From NCBI GenBank assembly GCA_032718475.1, contig JAUCBJ010005212.1, forward strand, positions 1 to 54,780: a DNA stretch of 54,780 nt, read 5' to 3'. How positions within the stretch are numbered: position 1 is the stretch's first letter; every line of letters begins with the position of its first letter. The notes under the pieces are model-generated. The model was not told where the DNA came from. It searched no databases and worked only from the letters and a program-made list of their open reading frames with translations. The position numbers were made by a program, and so were the translations under genes. Source of the stretch: Nemertoderma westbladi (lineage: Eukaryota; Animalia; Xenacoelomorpha). Shown here piece after piece: positions 13,461 to 25,435 of this stretch.

Positions 13461-16400
13461 TCAGTCCAAACGTTCTAGAACAGTGGGGCAGATAATTTTT
13501 CTTTGAGCACCGCGTGATAAATCACAGACACTCAAAGTGAAATTGCACCAAATATGCACACCACCCAACCCCAAATATCTGTGTCACGTGAAACCTACAT
13601 TACAGGCCACCAGAAAACGCAGATTTGTACAATTGTGAACACATTTTATCAAATGTGTACCAGTGTAATGTAATGTTGTTGAACATACAATTTGACAATT
13701 GAACATAATTGAACATAATTGAATTGGCAACAACCAAATTTTTTTTCCAAAGGATACTTTTGAATACTTTTGAAACTTTTTTAGTGATGTAGTCAACTAC
13801 TACTACTATAGTCTACTACTACTTCTATGGTATACCTACATACCATACCCTCTACTCTCTTTCTATGTGGTGCTTTCGGTGCCCACAACCTCTAACTCTC
13901 TCGGTACTATGTACCCTGCTACTCCGGTACTATGTACCCTGCTACTACTCTCGTGGTATGTCTATATACCACACTCCCTAACTTCTAACTTCTTACTAAC
14001 TTCTACTAACTTTCTAACTGCTACCTACTATCTAACTATCTAACTTTCTACTACTATTACTTTCTAACTTTCTAGTTTCTCACTTCCTATTTTATTATTT
14101 TTAATATTTGCTCGCTATTTATTTTATATTTTATTTTATGTGTGAGAAGGGTGTCTCGCCCTCATTCCCACCCCCCTCAGTCCAACGATTACATATTGGA
14201 CGACTCAACAACCTAAGGGCGATTCATCCAGCAGGCAATTATCCCACTGCCCCCTTATAGGTCCTCTTAATCTTCGCCCCACTCTTCTTCTCAATTCCAA
14301 CTCTTTTGGAATTGACCTTCCCTTCTCCTTCACCCTCAAGTCGGGTCTTTCAGTCATGTTACTAGTCTCTTCGTTCTGGCGGCAAAACGCCACCCTTCAT
14401 CTTGTCGTCGTTTGGCGGTAGAATGCCGCCCCTCATGTCATCCTTGCTGGTAGATGTCACCTCTGCTGGCCTCCCCCTTAATATGTGCGCCGGCATTAAA
14501 GCCCCCGATGAACCCCAGTCATCCTTTGGTACACGTAATGGCTTACCATTTAATGCCCCTTCACAGTCCACCACCCCCTTATGCGTGTACAACACGCCCT
14601 CTCCCATTTTTTTTGTCACGTTTTATCATGGGCTTTTCTGCCCCTGGTCTAATCTTCCCACATCATCTCCCTTTCCACCTTGTCTTCTTACTCGACCTCC
14701 TCCCCACCGGTATGCCTCTCAACTCTGTTCCGCGTCTGTTCCGGACACCTCTCCGGACACCTTGCCATCCACTCGTCTCCATCCTCATACCGATACTCCC
14801 CATTCTCCTCCGCCCTCGGCATTGTCTCCCCAAACACTACACGTGGTGCCGTTCCTGGCTGCTCACCCAGCTTGATCGTGCCTCCCGCGAAATCCATCGC
14901 CGGCTCCTCGTGCACCCAGGCCCGCTTGCCAGGTTCATCCCAGAAGGCTTTCGCCCCGCTGGCCGTCACCACTCTCCCGCCCACCCAGTCTGTATCTGAG
15001 TGGCCGATCCTCTCAATGGGCGGCATCTCCCCGAACTCGTCATCATCCTCCTCCCTCGCTGGGAGTGGATCCGGACCCGGTAACCCGGTGCCCCTCTCCG
15101 CCTTGGTTTCCACCAGTAACCTTCCACCCCTCCTGCTCCCTTGGTCTCTTTGTTGCAAAATCGCCCTAAGAGCCACCTGGTATGGGCATCACTTGCAATC
15201 CTTGTGTGGACTGTTTCGGTGATCCCTCCCCATTGCCTGTTTCTGGTTTCTCATCTGCTCCCTCGTCCTCCACTTCTCTCATTGTGCCTGCGAACATGCA
15301 CCCTGAGGATTCCGACACGTTTAATGGAATTCTAGACTTGATTGGGCCGCTGAGTGTCCATCCAAATGGCGTAGAAATCGCCATTGGGCCTCTCTCTCCA
15401 CCTTCTCCGAATCGGCAGGAAAACCTCCTGTGGGCTGTCGGGCAGTCCATTCCGACTATGATAGATACTTTCGGAACGTCCAGTTCTGGTATTGAGAAAT
15501 CGATGTTGTCCAGGTACTGGTATTGTTCGCATTAATATTAATCGATTGTACTATTTGAATGGGGTCGATGGTCGCCCGTAACCGGGGAGCCACCACTCTC
15601 CCCCACTTACCGCTGATATCTTACAACGCCCCGTTCTCATTTTAAACACTTCGTCCTTACTCGAGATAGTGGTCACCGCCACCTTGCTTGGCTTCATTCG
15701 TCACCCTATCTTTTCGGCCACCCAATCCTCCGTTAGTTAGCTATCGATCAACATTAATGTTGTAACCGATAGCCCGCCCTCTCCTGTTATTCTCACTGGT
15801 ACTATTTCGAGTAGTATCATACTCTTTCTCTTTGCTCCCGCCGTGCTCGTAGCCATAGATTGGCCTCCAGTCTCATCGTATCCTATCGGTGTTTCTCCAC
15901 ACTCTCCGAATCTGTGTCCTTCCACCACGCAGCGATGACATAGTCCATTTGTATCTGCGTAAGCTACCCGATCTTGTTTAGGCAACGCTTGCCAATGCTT
16001 ACAACTCATGGTCTTATGGGTTCTATCCCTATGCAATTGACATTCGTATCCTGGATTGTAACGTTCCTTGTATAGCCCTTCACGTATAGTGCGTAGATTG
16101 ATATCTACCAGTTTAGTGTTTTGGTTATTTGGACTTGGCCTACTGGGTATGTTGGGATTATATTTGTTCGTGTTGTTATTTTATTTCTGTCCCTGCCACG
16201 GTGTGGCCCTACTCCCAGCTATCTGTGGACTTGTAGTCCCCTGTTTGGCCGCATGTGGTAACGACTGTCTCACTCTCGGAAATGGATCCGCCGGACTGTG
16301 TTCGGGTTTAGGCCTGTTCTATTCAGTTTTCGGTGCCTTCCCCAAACTATCCTCACTGTAGACTGGGTCTGTAATCAACTCTGCCTCATAATTGAGGAAG

Positions 16401-18174
16401 TTCAACATTTCCTCTAGGGCCAGTTCCGCACCTTTCTTCTCCCGGGTGGAGAAGGCGATCTTCCTCCATTTGTTTCTTTGCCAGATCGGCAGTGCCTGCG
16501 CTATCGTGGTGATGTTATTCGTTGCGTTGAGTTCGTATGGCGCATCCAAGGTCTTTAGCACGATCAGCGACTTCTCGACCTTATTCGCGAAAGTCTTTAT
16601 ACTGACAGGGTTATCCTGTAGGCCACCCGATGTTATTCCCCTCAAGGTTTGCCGGATGATCTTGGCAGGGTGTCCGTATTCCCTGTCTAGGGCCCGCCAT
16701 GCAGTCGTGAATCCACCCTCGATACCTTGATACTGCCTTACGATATCGTACGCTGGGCCCCCTGTGTAAACTTGTAAATATTTTAGGCACTCCATCTGCG
16801 TCAGATTCTTAGTTAATATTTCATTACTGTACATGCGTCGGAATTGCAGGTATTCCTCCAGTCTGCTTCCATCAAATTTAAACGGCTCCACTGGTGGCAG
16901 CTCGATCCTGGTCTTAAGCGCATCAATGAGTGTTGCCATTCCCATCGCCTGTGCTTCTAGTGGGTTTGACGGATGCTGAAAAGACTCTCCTGTTGTTGGG
17001 TGCGGTTCGCCCGTCGGTCCTGTCAACCTCTTCTGTGTTGGATATATCATTGGGGATAACGGTCCCCTCCATATCTCTGTATCGCACGATCTATTCGGGT
17101 TCGGGGTTTTTGTTCTCGGTTGAGTGTATTGCTGATATTGTAATGGGGGAATGTCACCCTGCCCCCCCCCCCCATGTTATATTTGGTATTGGGGTTGATG
17201 TTACCATGTTAGGGCCCACAAACCTATCGGCAATAACTCCCCCCTCCCCTGGGTATATGTTATATCCCTGCAAATTATAGTCATACTGGTGTGAAGGTAC
17301 CAGTATAGGCCAATCCACTTCTTGCCTACCTCCCGGATGTATGCCGTGACTTCCGGATCTAATACTGTTGTCCGCGCTACCCTATCGCCTACACTATCTC
17401 TTCCAGCATGGCCTATAGTATGTGCAGTAAGGCCTATAGTATGTCCTGCAGTCTGCCTGTGTCCTTCTGGACCGAAGTTTAATCTTTTAGAATATTCCAA
17501 GAAGTCCTCCCCGCGACTACCGTATTCTCGATCGGCAACTGCGCCTCTCCGGGAAGTTTCTCTTCGATCCCCTCTCCTGTTCTCATCCTCACACTGGTAT
17601 ATCCTGTACCCTTCTCCTGGTGTGTGGTATATCTCACCAGGCTGCGTCTCTCCGGGGCGACGGCAATCTCCTGGAGTTCGACCCCACTGATTCTCTAACT
17701 CCATCTCTACTACCGATGGTTCAATGTCTGTCCTTGCTCTCTGGTTGCTTCTTCTATTCTCTTCACTTCTTCTCTCTTCAGTGTAGCGATCCCCTTCGTG
17801 AGATCTCTCTTCCACCTCCCGGATAAACTCCACTGTTCTTCTTCCATCTTCCGACTGGGCTCGATATCTTGTCGCTCGCCCGCTCATGGTGCCAACCTTT
17901 CTCTCTCTACCCGGTTGGACGCTCCTGGGGATACAAGCAATTCCCCTACTATTCTCTGTCGTTGGGTGCCGCGGTTCACCTAACTCGCCCCGCACATTAT
18001 CCGCCGACGCTTGTGGGACATTCTCTGCCCCCCCCCCCCTCTCGCCACTAATCTCTTGTGGAGGGGTGCCTGTAGCCCCCCCCCCCCCATTCGCCACCTC
18101 TTACTTCACTGCCTCTTACTTCGCTTCTACACCCCTCTCTAGTCGACGCACTATCTCTACTCCGGCTGGATCTA

Positions 18175-18390
18175 CTCACCCCCGCCTCTTCCTGTGCGAC
18201 TGTGTGGCCTTGCAGGCTCCCGTCGGGTTGAATCACCCCCGCTACTCCCTGCGTAACTACGTGGCCTTGCAGGCTCCCATCGGGTTGACTTACCCCTGCT
18301 ACTCCCTGCGTAACTACGTGGCCTTGTAGGCTCCCGTTGGGTTGACTCACCCCCGCTACTCCCTGCATAACTACGTGGCCTTGCAGGCTC
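18175..18390 (-). repeat. 57-bp tandem repeat (~4 copies) within the gag region
   Basis: GTGGCCTTG(C/T)AGGCTC recurs at 18204, 18261, 18318 and 18375; period is a multiple of 3. Confidence 0.9.
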
Positions 18391-18534
18391 TCGCTGGTCG
18401 GACCCCCGTGTTCCCTACGTCCGTATTAATAGCACCGTTATTAATGATATTATTTTGATTAATTTCTTCGGGATTATTGTTTAGCGTAATATTGTTATTT
18501 AAATTATTTAAATTATTCTGTTCGGAATTGTGGT

Positions 18535-18690
18535 TGTTATTTGGACTACTTTGCACGTTTAAATTAGAATTATTATTTGGATTATTTTGCACGTTTAAAT
18601 TTGTATTATTATTTGGATTATTTTACACGTTTAAATTCGTATTAATATTTGGATTATTTTGCACGTTTAAATTAGAATTATTATTATTAC
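18535..18690 (-). repeat. 36-bp tandem repeat (~4 copies) encoding Asn-rich NNNSNLNVQNNP
   Basis: TTGGA(C/T)TA.TTT.CACGTTTAAATT recurs with period 36. Confidence 0.85.
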
Positions 18691-20238
18691 CAGGCAAAAT
18701 ATTATTTCCTGCAACGAAGGTTTTATTAGGGTTGTCTACTATGGTACTATTAATATTAGCGCCATCTAATGTATTATTATTATTACCCCCCCCCCCCCCC
18801 CCCGCCCATACGGTTACACCAGTCCTGCGCCTGTCGTCCGGCGCCTGTAAGTGGGGTATTAACAAACATTTCCATTACTTCCGGCTCCTCGTAAATACTA
18901 TCCGAACCGGCCTCACTCTCAGATAATCCCAACTTCGCCAGTTCTAACCGGCGCTTTTGCTTCGCCTGGTATTGCATAAGCCCCCTTAGCCGGGTATGCA
19001 TATCATCCCGCATACGCTTTCCCGCTCTCTCTCTGTCCTCTCTCAGACTTTGGTTCGCTAATTCCATCTCTCTCGCCTCCCACTCTCTACTCTCGTTCTC
19101 TACTCTCGCTTCCCGCTCTCTACGCTCATTCGTTTCTCTCTCTACCCTCGCTGCCTCTTTCGCTTCTCGCTCATTCTCTATTCTCGCCTCCCGCTCCTCG
19201 CGCACGTTTATCTCTCTCTCTTCCCGCTCCCTGCAATTTCTCGCCACCCTCTCGGCTCTCTCTCTACATTCCCTCGCCAACTCTCTCTCTTTCTCTAATA
19301 ACGCGGTTCCCTCATCCAATTGCCTCTCCAACTCCTGCCGATACAGCGCCACAAGGTCTAGTTGACACGCCAGATCTATCTCTAACAACCTTCTTGCTTT
19401 TGCAGAGGATGTAGCAGACTTATCGGTCGCGACGGACTCCCGCAGCCTCTCTGTCCTACTAACTTTCCCCCGCTTTCTGGGGTTCTCGCTGACCGACGAC
19501 ACCGAATCCTCGGGGTTAACCTCGGGTTCACCGTCGTGTGGGTCCGCCCAACCCACTAACTTAAATCCCCTAGCATCCACTAAGTAAGGCCCTACGTACA
19601 CCACGTCTGGCTCCATTACCCCGGATCGCCACAATTCAAACAGTTATGTGGTGACCCCCCTCGCTCTCTCACTCACCAGTTCTCCTTGTCCAAAACGGGC
19701 TAAATAGCGAAAATGTTTATTCGACTCACCTAGCCTCTGATATAGCTTAGGCTGGTCTACCTTTCTCCCTTCCTTGTCCTCCTTAAGTAGTTTCTTGGTG
19801 GCGTTGTAGGCCCATCGTAGCCGATCATTCGTCCCGACGTCCTCTTCGCCGACTCTGCCTCCTCTCCTCGTCCGGCGTCGTACCGGCAGCCCCACTGTCG
19901 CCGTTCCGGTGGGCCGTCCATCGCCCTCGGCCTGTGGCTGGCCGGCAACTTCGGTACTCCGACCGCCATCGTGCGTCGACTCGTCTCTCCCTCGTGGTTG
20001 ACGGCCGCCCTCCGCTTGGGTAGCCGTATCGTCTCACGTCGGCGAATCCGGCGTGGCAGGCCGATACCGTCGCGTCGCTGCCTCACGGATCGTTTGGTTG
20101 GTGTCATCCGGGGTCCGCGGCGGCCTCCTCTCTCCTTCTGGATCTCGGGGCATTCCTCCTTCACTCATATCGTCCTCTAACTCTTAGCAGTCACAGTTTC
20201 AGTTGTAGTTGGCAGTTTCTGACTCGGCAGTTAATGAC

Positions 20239-20907
20239 TGTGACGGGATCGGAGATCCCGACCAGGTTAGAAATGTACGCGTCACCGTGGCTGGGCAGTC
20301 GTGCTAGTTGCTTTGGCCGAAGGCCATTAGGAAAAACAATAAGAGTTTCTGTTGTTTCTCAATATTGATAATGCAGATGATAATAGCACAGTAAATAAAG
20401 ATAGTATGATACCAGAAAAATGCACTGATGCAGTGACTGCTGATGTTAATGGAGGTGACAGTCATTAACTATGACCGGTCTGCACTGACTGAATAACTCA
20501 ACTGACCGGTAAATCAGTAATAAGATAATATATGATTAACACACATGAATATTGATTTCACCTCTTACTGTACTTTGGCCCTCTGTACCCAATGGTTGCT
20601 TTCCTATGTCTAATCACGTGCTTCCCTCCCCACTATTGGCTAATATACTAATTGTCACTTTGGCACTCCCTGTGAGTGTTTCCCCCGCTGCTAGCCTCTA
20701 CTTGCTATATTCCCTCCGAGGTGGTTTGACCTCTCACCTCTCTCTGTGGCTTTGGGGCTTATGTCCCCCCTCCCCCCCCCCCCCCCCCCCCCAATGTTGG
20801 TTATGAGATGAGATTAATATTGGTAATCTTGCATCCCCAACATATTGCTAAAATGCCACTGGTCCCATTTTCTGGTGGGTAATGAAGTGGAATTGAATCC
20901 GCTTACA
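20239..20907 (-). repeat. 5' LTR of element 3 (669 bp, TGTAAGCGG...CCCGTCACA)
   Basis: TG..CA termini. Boundaries are defined by homology with the solo LTR at 3770-4391. Confidence 0.85.
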
Positions 20908-21491
20908 CACAATTGTTGTTAGGCAACAATATAAACAACTTTATGGGTTATTCAATACATAAGAAGCACAAATATTATATGCACTGAAACTGAATAATAA
21001 TCCGATGAAAATATAAGATTTCTGTATCCAGTTAGCATTGGCAGCAAAAGACATAATCTGTCAACTTTAACATAATATCAAATAGTTGACGATCATTTTC
21101 ATATATCCAAAAGTACCAGTGCAGATAATTATAAAAGGGGGTTGCCTGGAACATAAAAAATAAAAAGTTATCGTTTTGATTGGAAAAATACAAAACGTTA
21201 TCCAGAGAATTGCCAGTTGCTTTAAATTTAATAATTTTTTCAGTTTCTATATTCAGATATAGTATTATAAGTTGAGTAAAAAAGTTGTTACTATACACAT
21301 TCAGGAAGTCCCACTAAAGGCAGGCATGCCAAATCTCCCCACTTGCCAAATCTCCCTGATCTCCCCTACAGCCAACATTTACACACAAAGTTAACACGTT
21401 TGCCCTTACACACTTTAACAGTCATTTGTAATCCTTCTAATTAGGGCTATTTAAGTTAAGTGTGACATTTTTACTTTTTAGTTTTAAATAC

Positions 21492-21875
21492 TCTTCTCCT
21501 TCATTAGCCTCGTTGCGCTCGTCCTGTTTTGTCTTTAAATAATTTCCCTAAACGGAGACTAACGACCTTTATAACTGTGCAAAGTCTCGAAACTGTGAGA
21601 ATAACTGCTGATTTATGGCAGATGGATACTCGTATCCACTGTACAGTAAACGTTGCGTTCGTTGGTTTTTGACCAAACTTGAGATACATTCTAAACTTTT
21701 GGCGGACTACATACGTACCAAGTTTCGTTTAATTTCATCGGGTAATAACCGAGTTATTAGCGATCAAAAATTTGCGACGACGACGACGACGATGACAGAC
21801 AATGACAGACGACGACAAACAACTCGTTAATAGTACCCATATGTTACGGCTTCGCTCACTTCGTGGCACGCCCCA
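21492..21875. mobile_element. Short non-coding interspersed repeat, possibly Helentron/DINE-like
   Basis: GTACCAAGTTT, a (GAC)n-GACA microsatellite and a terminal ACTTCGTGGCACGCCCCA, as in 5272-5514. Confidence 0.35.
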
Positions 21876-22667
21876 CACTACAGAAGATTCAGCCAATATA
21901 GTGATGCACACATGTGACGCTAGGGGTCGCATCTCAATTTACACATACACATGTCCGAGTTTGCAAAAATGAATTCCTAGTCCCATTTTGAACCATGCCA
22001 CACCTGCTTCCTGCTTGTGGTCAAAATGTTAAATTACATCACAAAATATTAATTACATTGTAGATTCCAGTCCCCACATTGAACAACAGCACCCATACTA
22101 CATCGAGTGTTTGGAATGTTATATTAACTATATGGGAATTGGGACACTTGAAACTATCGCATTATACTGGGGTCGGTGATATTTTAAAAACTCAAACACA
22201 AATTTACACACGTATTTGACAGGTTTGCGTGGAACAGGGGACATCGCCGAAATGATCTGAAATTTTCAGAATCCATTAATTTTAGTACGTAGATTCCATT
22301 TTTGATATCTTTTCATTCCAGGGCCGTCCCCGGATTGTAGATCGCCCCCGGATTGTAGATCATCCCAGGTTTGTCGCTGTGTATTCATGCAATTGTCCCC
22401 TGTTTGAACCGGTTCACCTACACATGCCAACTACACATGCCAACTACACACACACACACACACCTAAAACGCGCACATTTGAGACCTACTAGCTTCTGCT
22501 GATTTACATTAGGTTACTTTTCAGTAGGATTTATCTTACAGTTTCTACTAGTCTGTAGTTTGTAATTTGAGGAGATATTTAGTATTTAGTTTTACGTCAA
22601 GAGGTATTTTAGGAGCACCACCCCCTTTTGTCTGCTATTCTGTTATGCTGTTAACCGAAATTCTGTC

Positions 22668-23886
22668 CATCTTCAGGATTTTATCTCTGGAAATGGATTG
22701 TTTTCGGCTGGAACCCAGTTCAAGAAGCGAACTGGAAAGCTATGGACTCATAGTGGACCCAGTGGTCACAAGTCCCAGATAGACCATATTCTGTTTCGTA
22801 GGAAATACAGGAGCTCTATACAAGACTGTAATGCATTTACACTTCGACCCTTCTCCAGTGATCACCGCCTTATTGTGGCCAAGGTAAGACTTAGTCTGCG
22901 TGCTAGCAGAACAACGAAATCTGCCTTGCCGCGGCATGACTGGTCCTCTCTGTTGCAACAGCCAAGTGTGAGATCCAGCTTTACACTACAGCTGAGCAAC
23001 AGGTATGAGGCACTCGCCTCTGAGGCGGCAGATCACTGTGAGGGCTATGCTGCCTTCACAGAGGCAGTTAAGTTACCAGCTGCAGAAACAGTTCCTGTAT
23101 ACCCTCGAAACAGGAAACGGGCCCCCTGGACTGACAACAAAATTCAGAAGTGCCGAAATGACCTCTACAAGGCGCAGAAAGAGTCCCGACTCAAACAGAC
23201 TACAGCAGCCAAGAATGCAGTTAAGGCTGCATCTAGGTCCCTGAACAGGCAGTACTCTGTTAATTTACAGGAGCTAATAAAGCAGCAGGTTGATGCCATC
23301 AATGATGCTGACGACAGCAGGCAATCATCCCGGGCATGGAGATCGATCAACTTGCTTGCTGGTCGAAAAAGCCAACCAACCACCAAGGTTAAGGCTGAAT
23401 CACCAGCCGATCGCCTCAATGGTTGGAAGGCCCACTTTGAAAAGCTCCTCAATAATGACAGGGTATTGCCTGATAACTTTATAGAAGTAAAAGTGTCTGA
23501 GTCTGTACTCCCAGATATTCCCATTGGTGATATCTCCTTTGCAGAAGTGAAGGCTGCTGCAAAATTTTGCCCATTTTGGCACTTAGAAGGATAATTGAAG
23601 AGTTATCAAAAAAGAAAGACAGGCATCTGGCTGTTATCTTTGTTGGCTTCTTCAAGGCCTTTGATTCAGTCTCTCGCTCATGTATGTTCAGCATACTTTC
23701 ATTATATGGAATTCCTGATGAAATTATTGCAGCAATCATATCAGTATACGATGGTTCGACAACATTTGTGTCTACTGTTGACGGTGACACAGAACCATTT
23801 GAAGTGTTATGGGGCGTCCTCCAGGGAGACACACTTGCACAATTCTTGTTCATAATTGTTGTTGACTATGTTCTACGCATGTCCTT
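22668..23886 (+). mobile_element. RTE-like LINE, segment 1 (C-terminal APE endonuclease to RT QG motif); 5'-truncated, internal deletion at ~23568
   Basis: WTHSGPSGHKSQIDHIL...SDHRL (APE end), then ILALRRIIE..FVGFFKAFDSV..GVLQGDTLAQFLFIIVVDYVLR (RT). Early RT subdomains are missing between EVKAA and ILALRR. Confidence 0.92.
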
Positions 23887-23906
23887 TGTAAAAGCTTTTG
23901 CGGAAT

Positions 23907-25360
23907 AACAGACTGGAAAGAGAAAACGTTGAAGAACCGGATAAACGCATCGACTTCAACGACTACCTGGAATTTTTGAGAGAAACCTATCTCAACATCG
24001 CCAGTCAGCAGAACCTAGAGACTCGATATCCTCAAGGTATACATCATGACCCTATGGTAGAACTCAAACGGCTCTATTTCACTATTATGTATCTTACCGC
24101 CGCTCGTCCACTACCTGTTATCCCGGATAGTTTTGAACAAATGGAAGAATATTGCGGAGCTGGAGAACGATCACCCGCGTTTCCTCTACAGGACGTACGT
24201 CTTTGGTATTGTTGTGACGAGTGCCCTAGACCCAACCAACAGACCGAAGGACATAAACATCCGCGGAGACGTTGCGCTAAACACAGTTTTACGAGTTATA
24301 CTTACGGGAGTTTCGAGCGAAACCTGTTCGACGTATCACCTACGATCGCTCATCTTAAACGATCACTAAATAAACCCATGATCAGAGTTCCGGAATACTC
24401 GGTCAGGCCTTCTCATTCCCCAGTGAGACCTCGGACTCTTGGTCCTGGCAGTATCACTGATCCTCCCGAACTATATTCGCTGTTCCTATTTCCACGAAAA
24501 ACCGGCGATGGAAATTTATTGTGCATATTGCAGACTCAATAACTTGCACATTTTTGCGGTTTGCCCTCAATTTATGACTCAATGTCACCATTGTCAACTA
24601 AAGGGACACGCCAGTTTCGATTGCCCTTTTAATCACAATTTGGAAAGCGTAGATGAAATGATTACACTACGTTACATCAGAGCTTGGGAAGCGAACGCTG
24701 ATTTACATTGTGATTCGCGCCATCGCTATTATCCTGGATGCGCTTACGAAGGAGTTTATGCGTTCCATCCTTATCTATTCGCTTCTGTCGAACAGAAATC
24801 ACGCATATCGAGTTACGAACTACTGAAGCGCGTCGGAGAATGTATTTCAACCAAGTTCGTACGCAAATTTCTCAGGAGTATTAATCCTAGCGACATTCAC
24901 TCCTATAACTTAATCAATTTTATCCATCAGGATCCGAGCTATGGAGACTTATTTGTTAACTCACACCCCGAGTTACAGGAAGTATATCGACGGCCTTACG
25001 AATACCGAGCCCGCGAACGCGAGTTGGAAAGAACCACTAAACCCAGGAAGTTTCTGACTGCCTATGGTCCACCCACGGCTCTTGTTCAGACCACTCGTAA
25101 AGGACCCGTAAGAGCGGCCGTCCTAAAACGCGCTCTAAAGGCTGTTAGACCCCTCTCCCCCGACGTTGATGTCAACCAACCCGGCACTTCGACCGGCGGA
25201 TACACCGACCCTAATCCTACACCCTCTGATGCAATCATATTGCACCCTTCACCCAGGAGTTATATATAGCCCTCCTTGTAAAGTGGCTCGCCCCAAAGAT
25301 AAAAGACTCTGGCTAGCTTTAAAAACTGCGTAAACGCCGTCCGCGCAGGAAAGACTAACT
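23907..25360 (+). pseudogene. Accessory gene copy A (unknown protein with twin CCHC knuckles), frameshifted
   Basis: ORFs 23898-24542, 24133-24369 and 24439-25269 together align with 41393-42448 (-). Contains CAYCRLNNLHIFAVCPQFMTQCHHCQLKGHASFDC. Confidence 0.75.
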
Positions 25361-25435
25361 GTTTAGAGTATTTACGTATATTAGAAACTGTGATTTTGTA
25401 TATTTATAGACTCAAATCCCATTTTCTGGTAGCGG

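Larger units (their letters stand above)
14205..20164 (-). pseudogene. Fragmented Gag-protease polyprotein of element 3
   Basis: E/R coiled coil (18783-19634). Gag core ELPPVEPFKFDGS...YLQVYTGGPA...AWRALDREYG (16319-17050). Knuckle CHRCVVEGHRFGEC and protease VPVRITG...LIDS (15737-16036). AISTPFGWTLSGP (~15340-15380). Integrase-like EGALNGKPL...LMPAHILRGRP (14362-14619). Several frameshifts fall at poly-G runs. Confidence 0.82.
13795..20907 (-). mobile_element. BEL/Pao-type LTR retrotransposon, degenerate, RT-less, 3' end missing (element 3)
   Basis: One LTR (20239-20907), then on the minus strand: Gag (DUF1759-like), zinc knuckle, aspartic protease and integrase C-terminal remnants. No second LTR or matching TSD found; left boundary approximate. 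Confidence 0.85.

Noticed and set aside
13795-14164. 3' LTR of element 3
   Set aside because: Follows a PPT-like tract but shows no similarity to the LTR at 20239-20907 and has no matching TSD.
18477-18926. Hydrophobic 149-aa ORF resembling a membrane protein
   Set aside because: Antisense shadow of the Asn-rich gag repeats.
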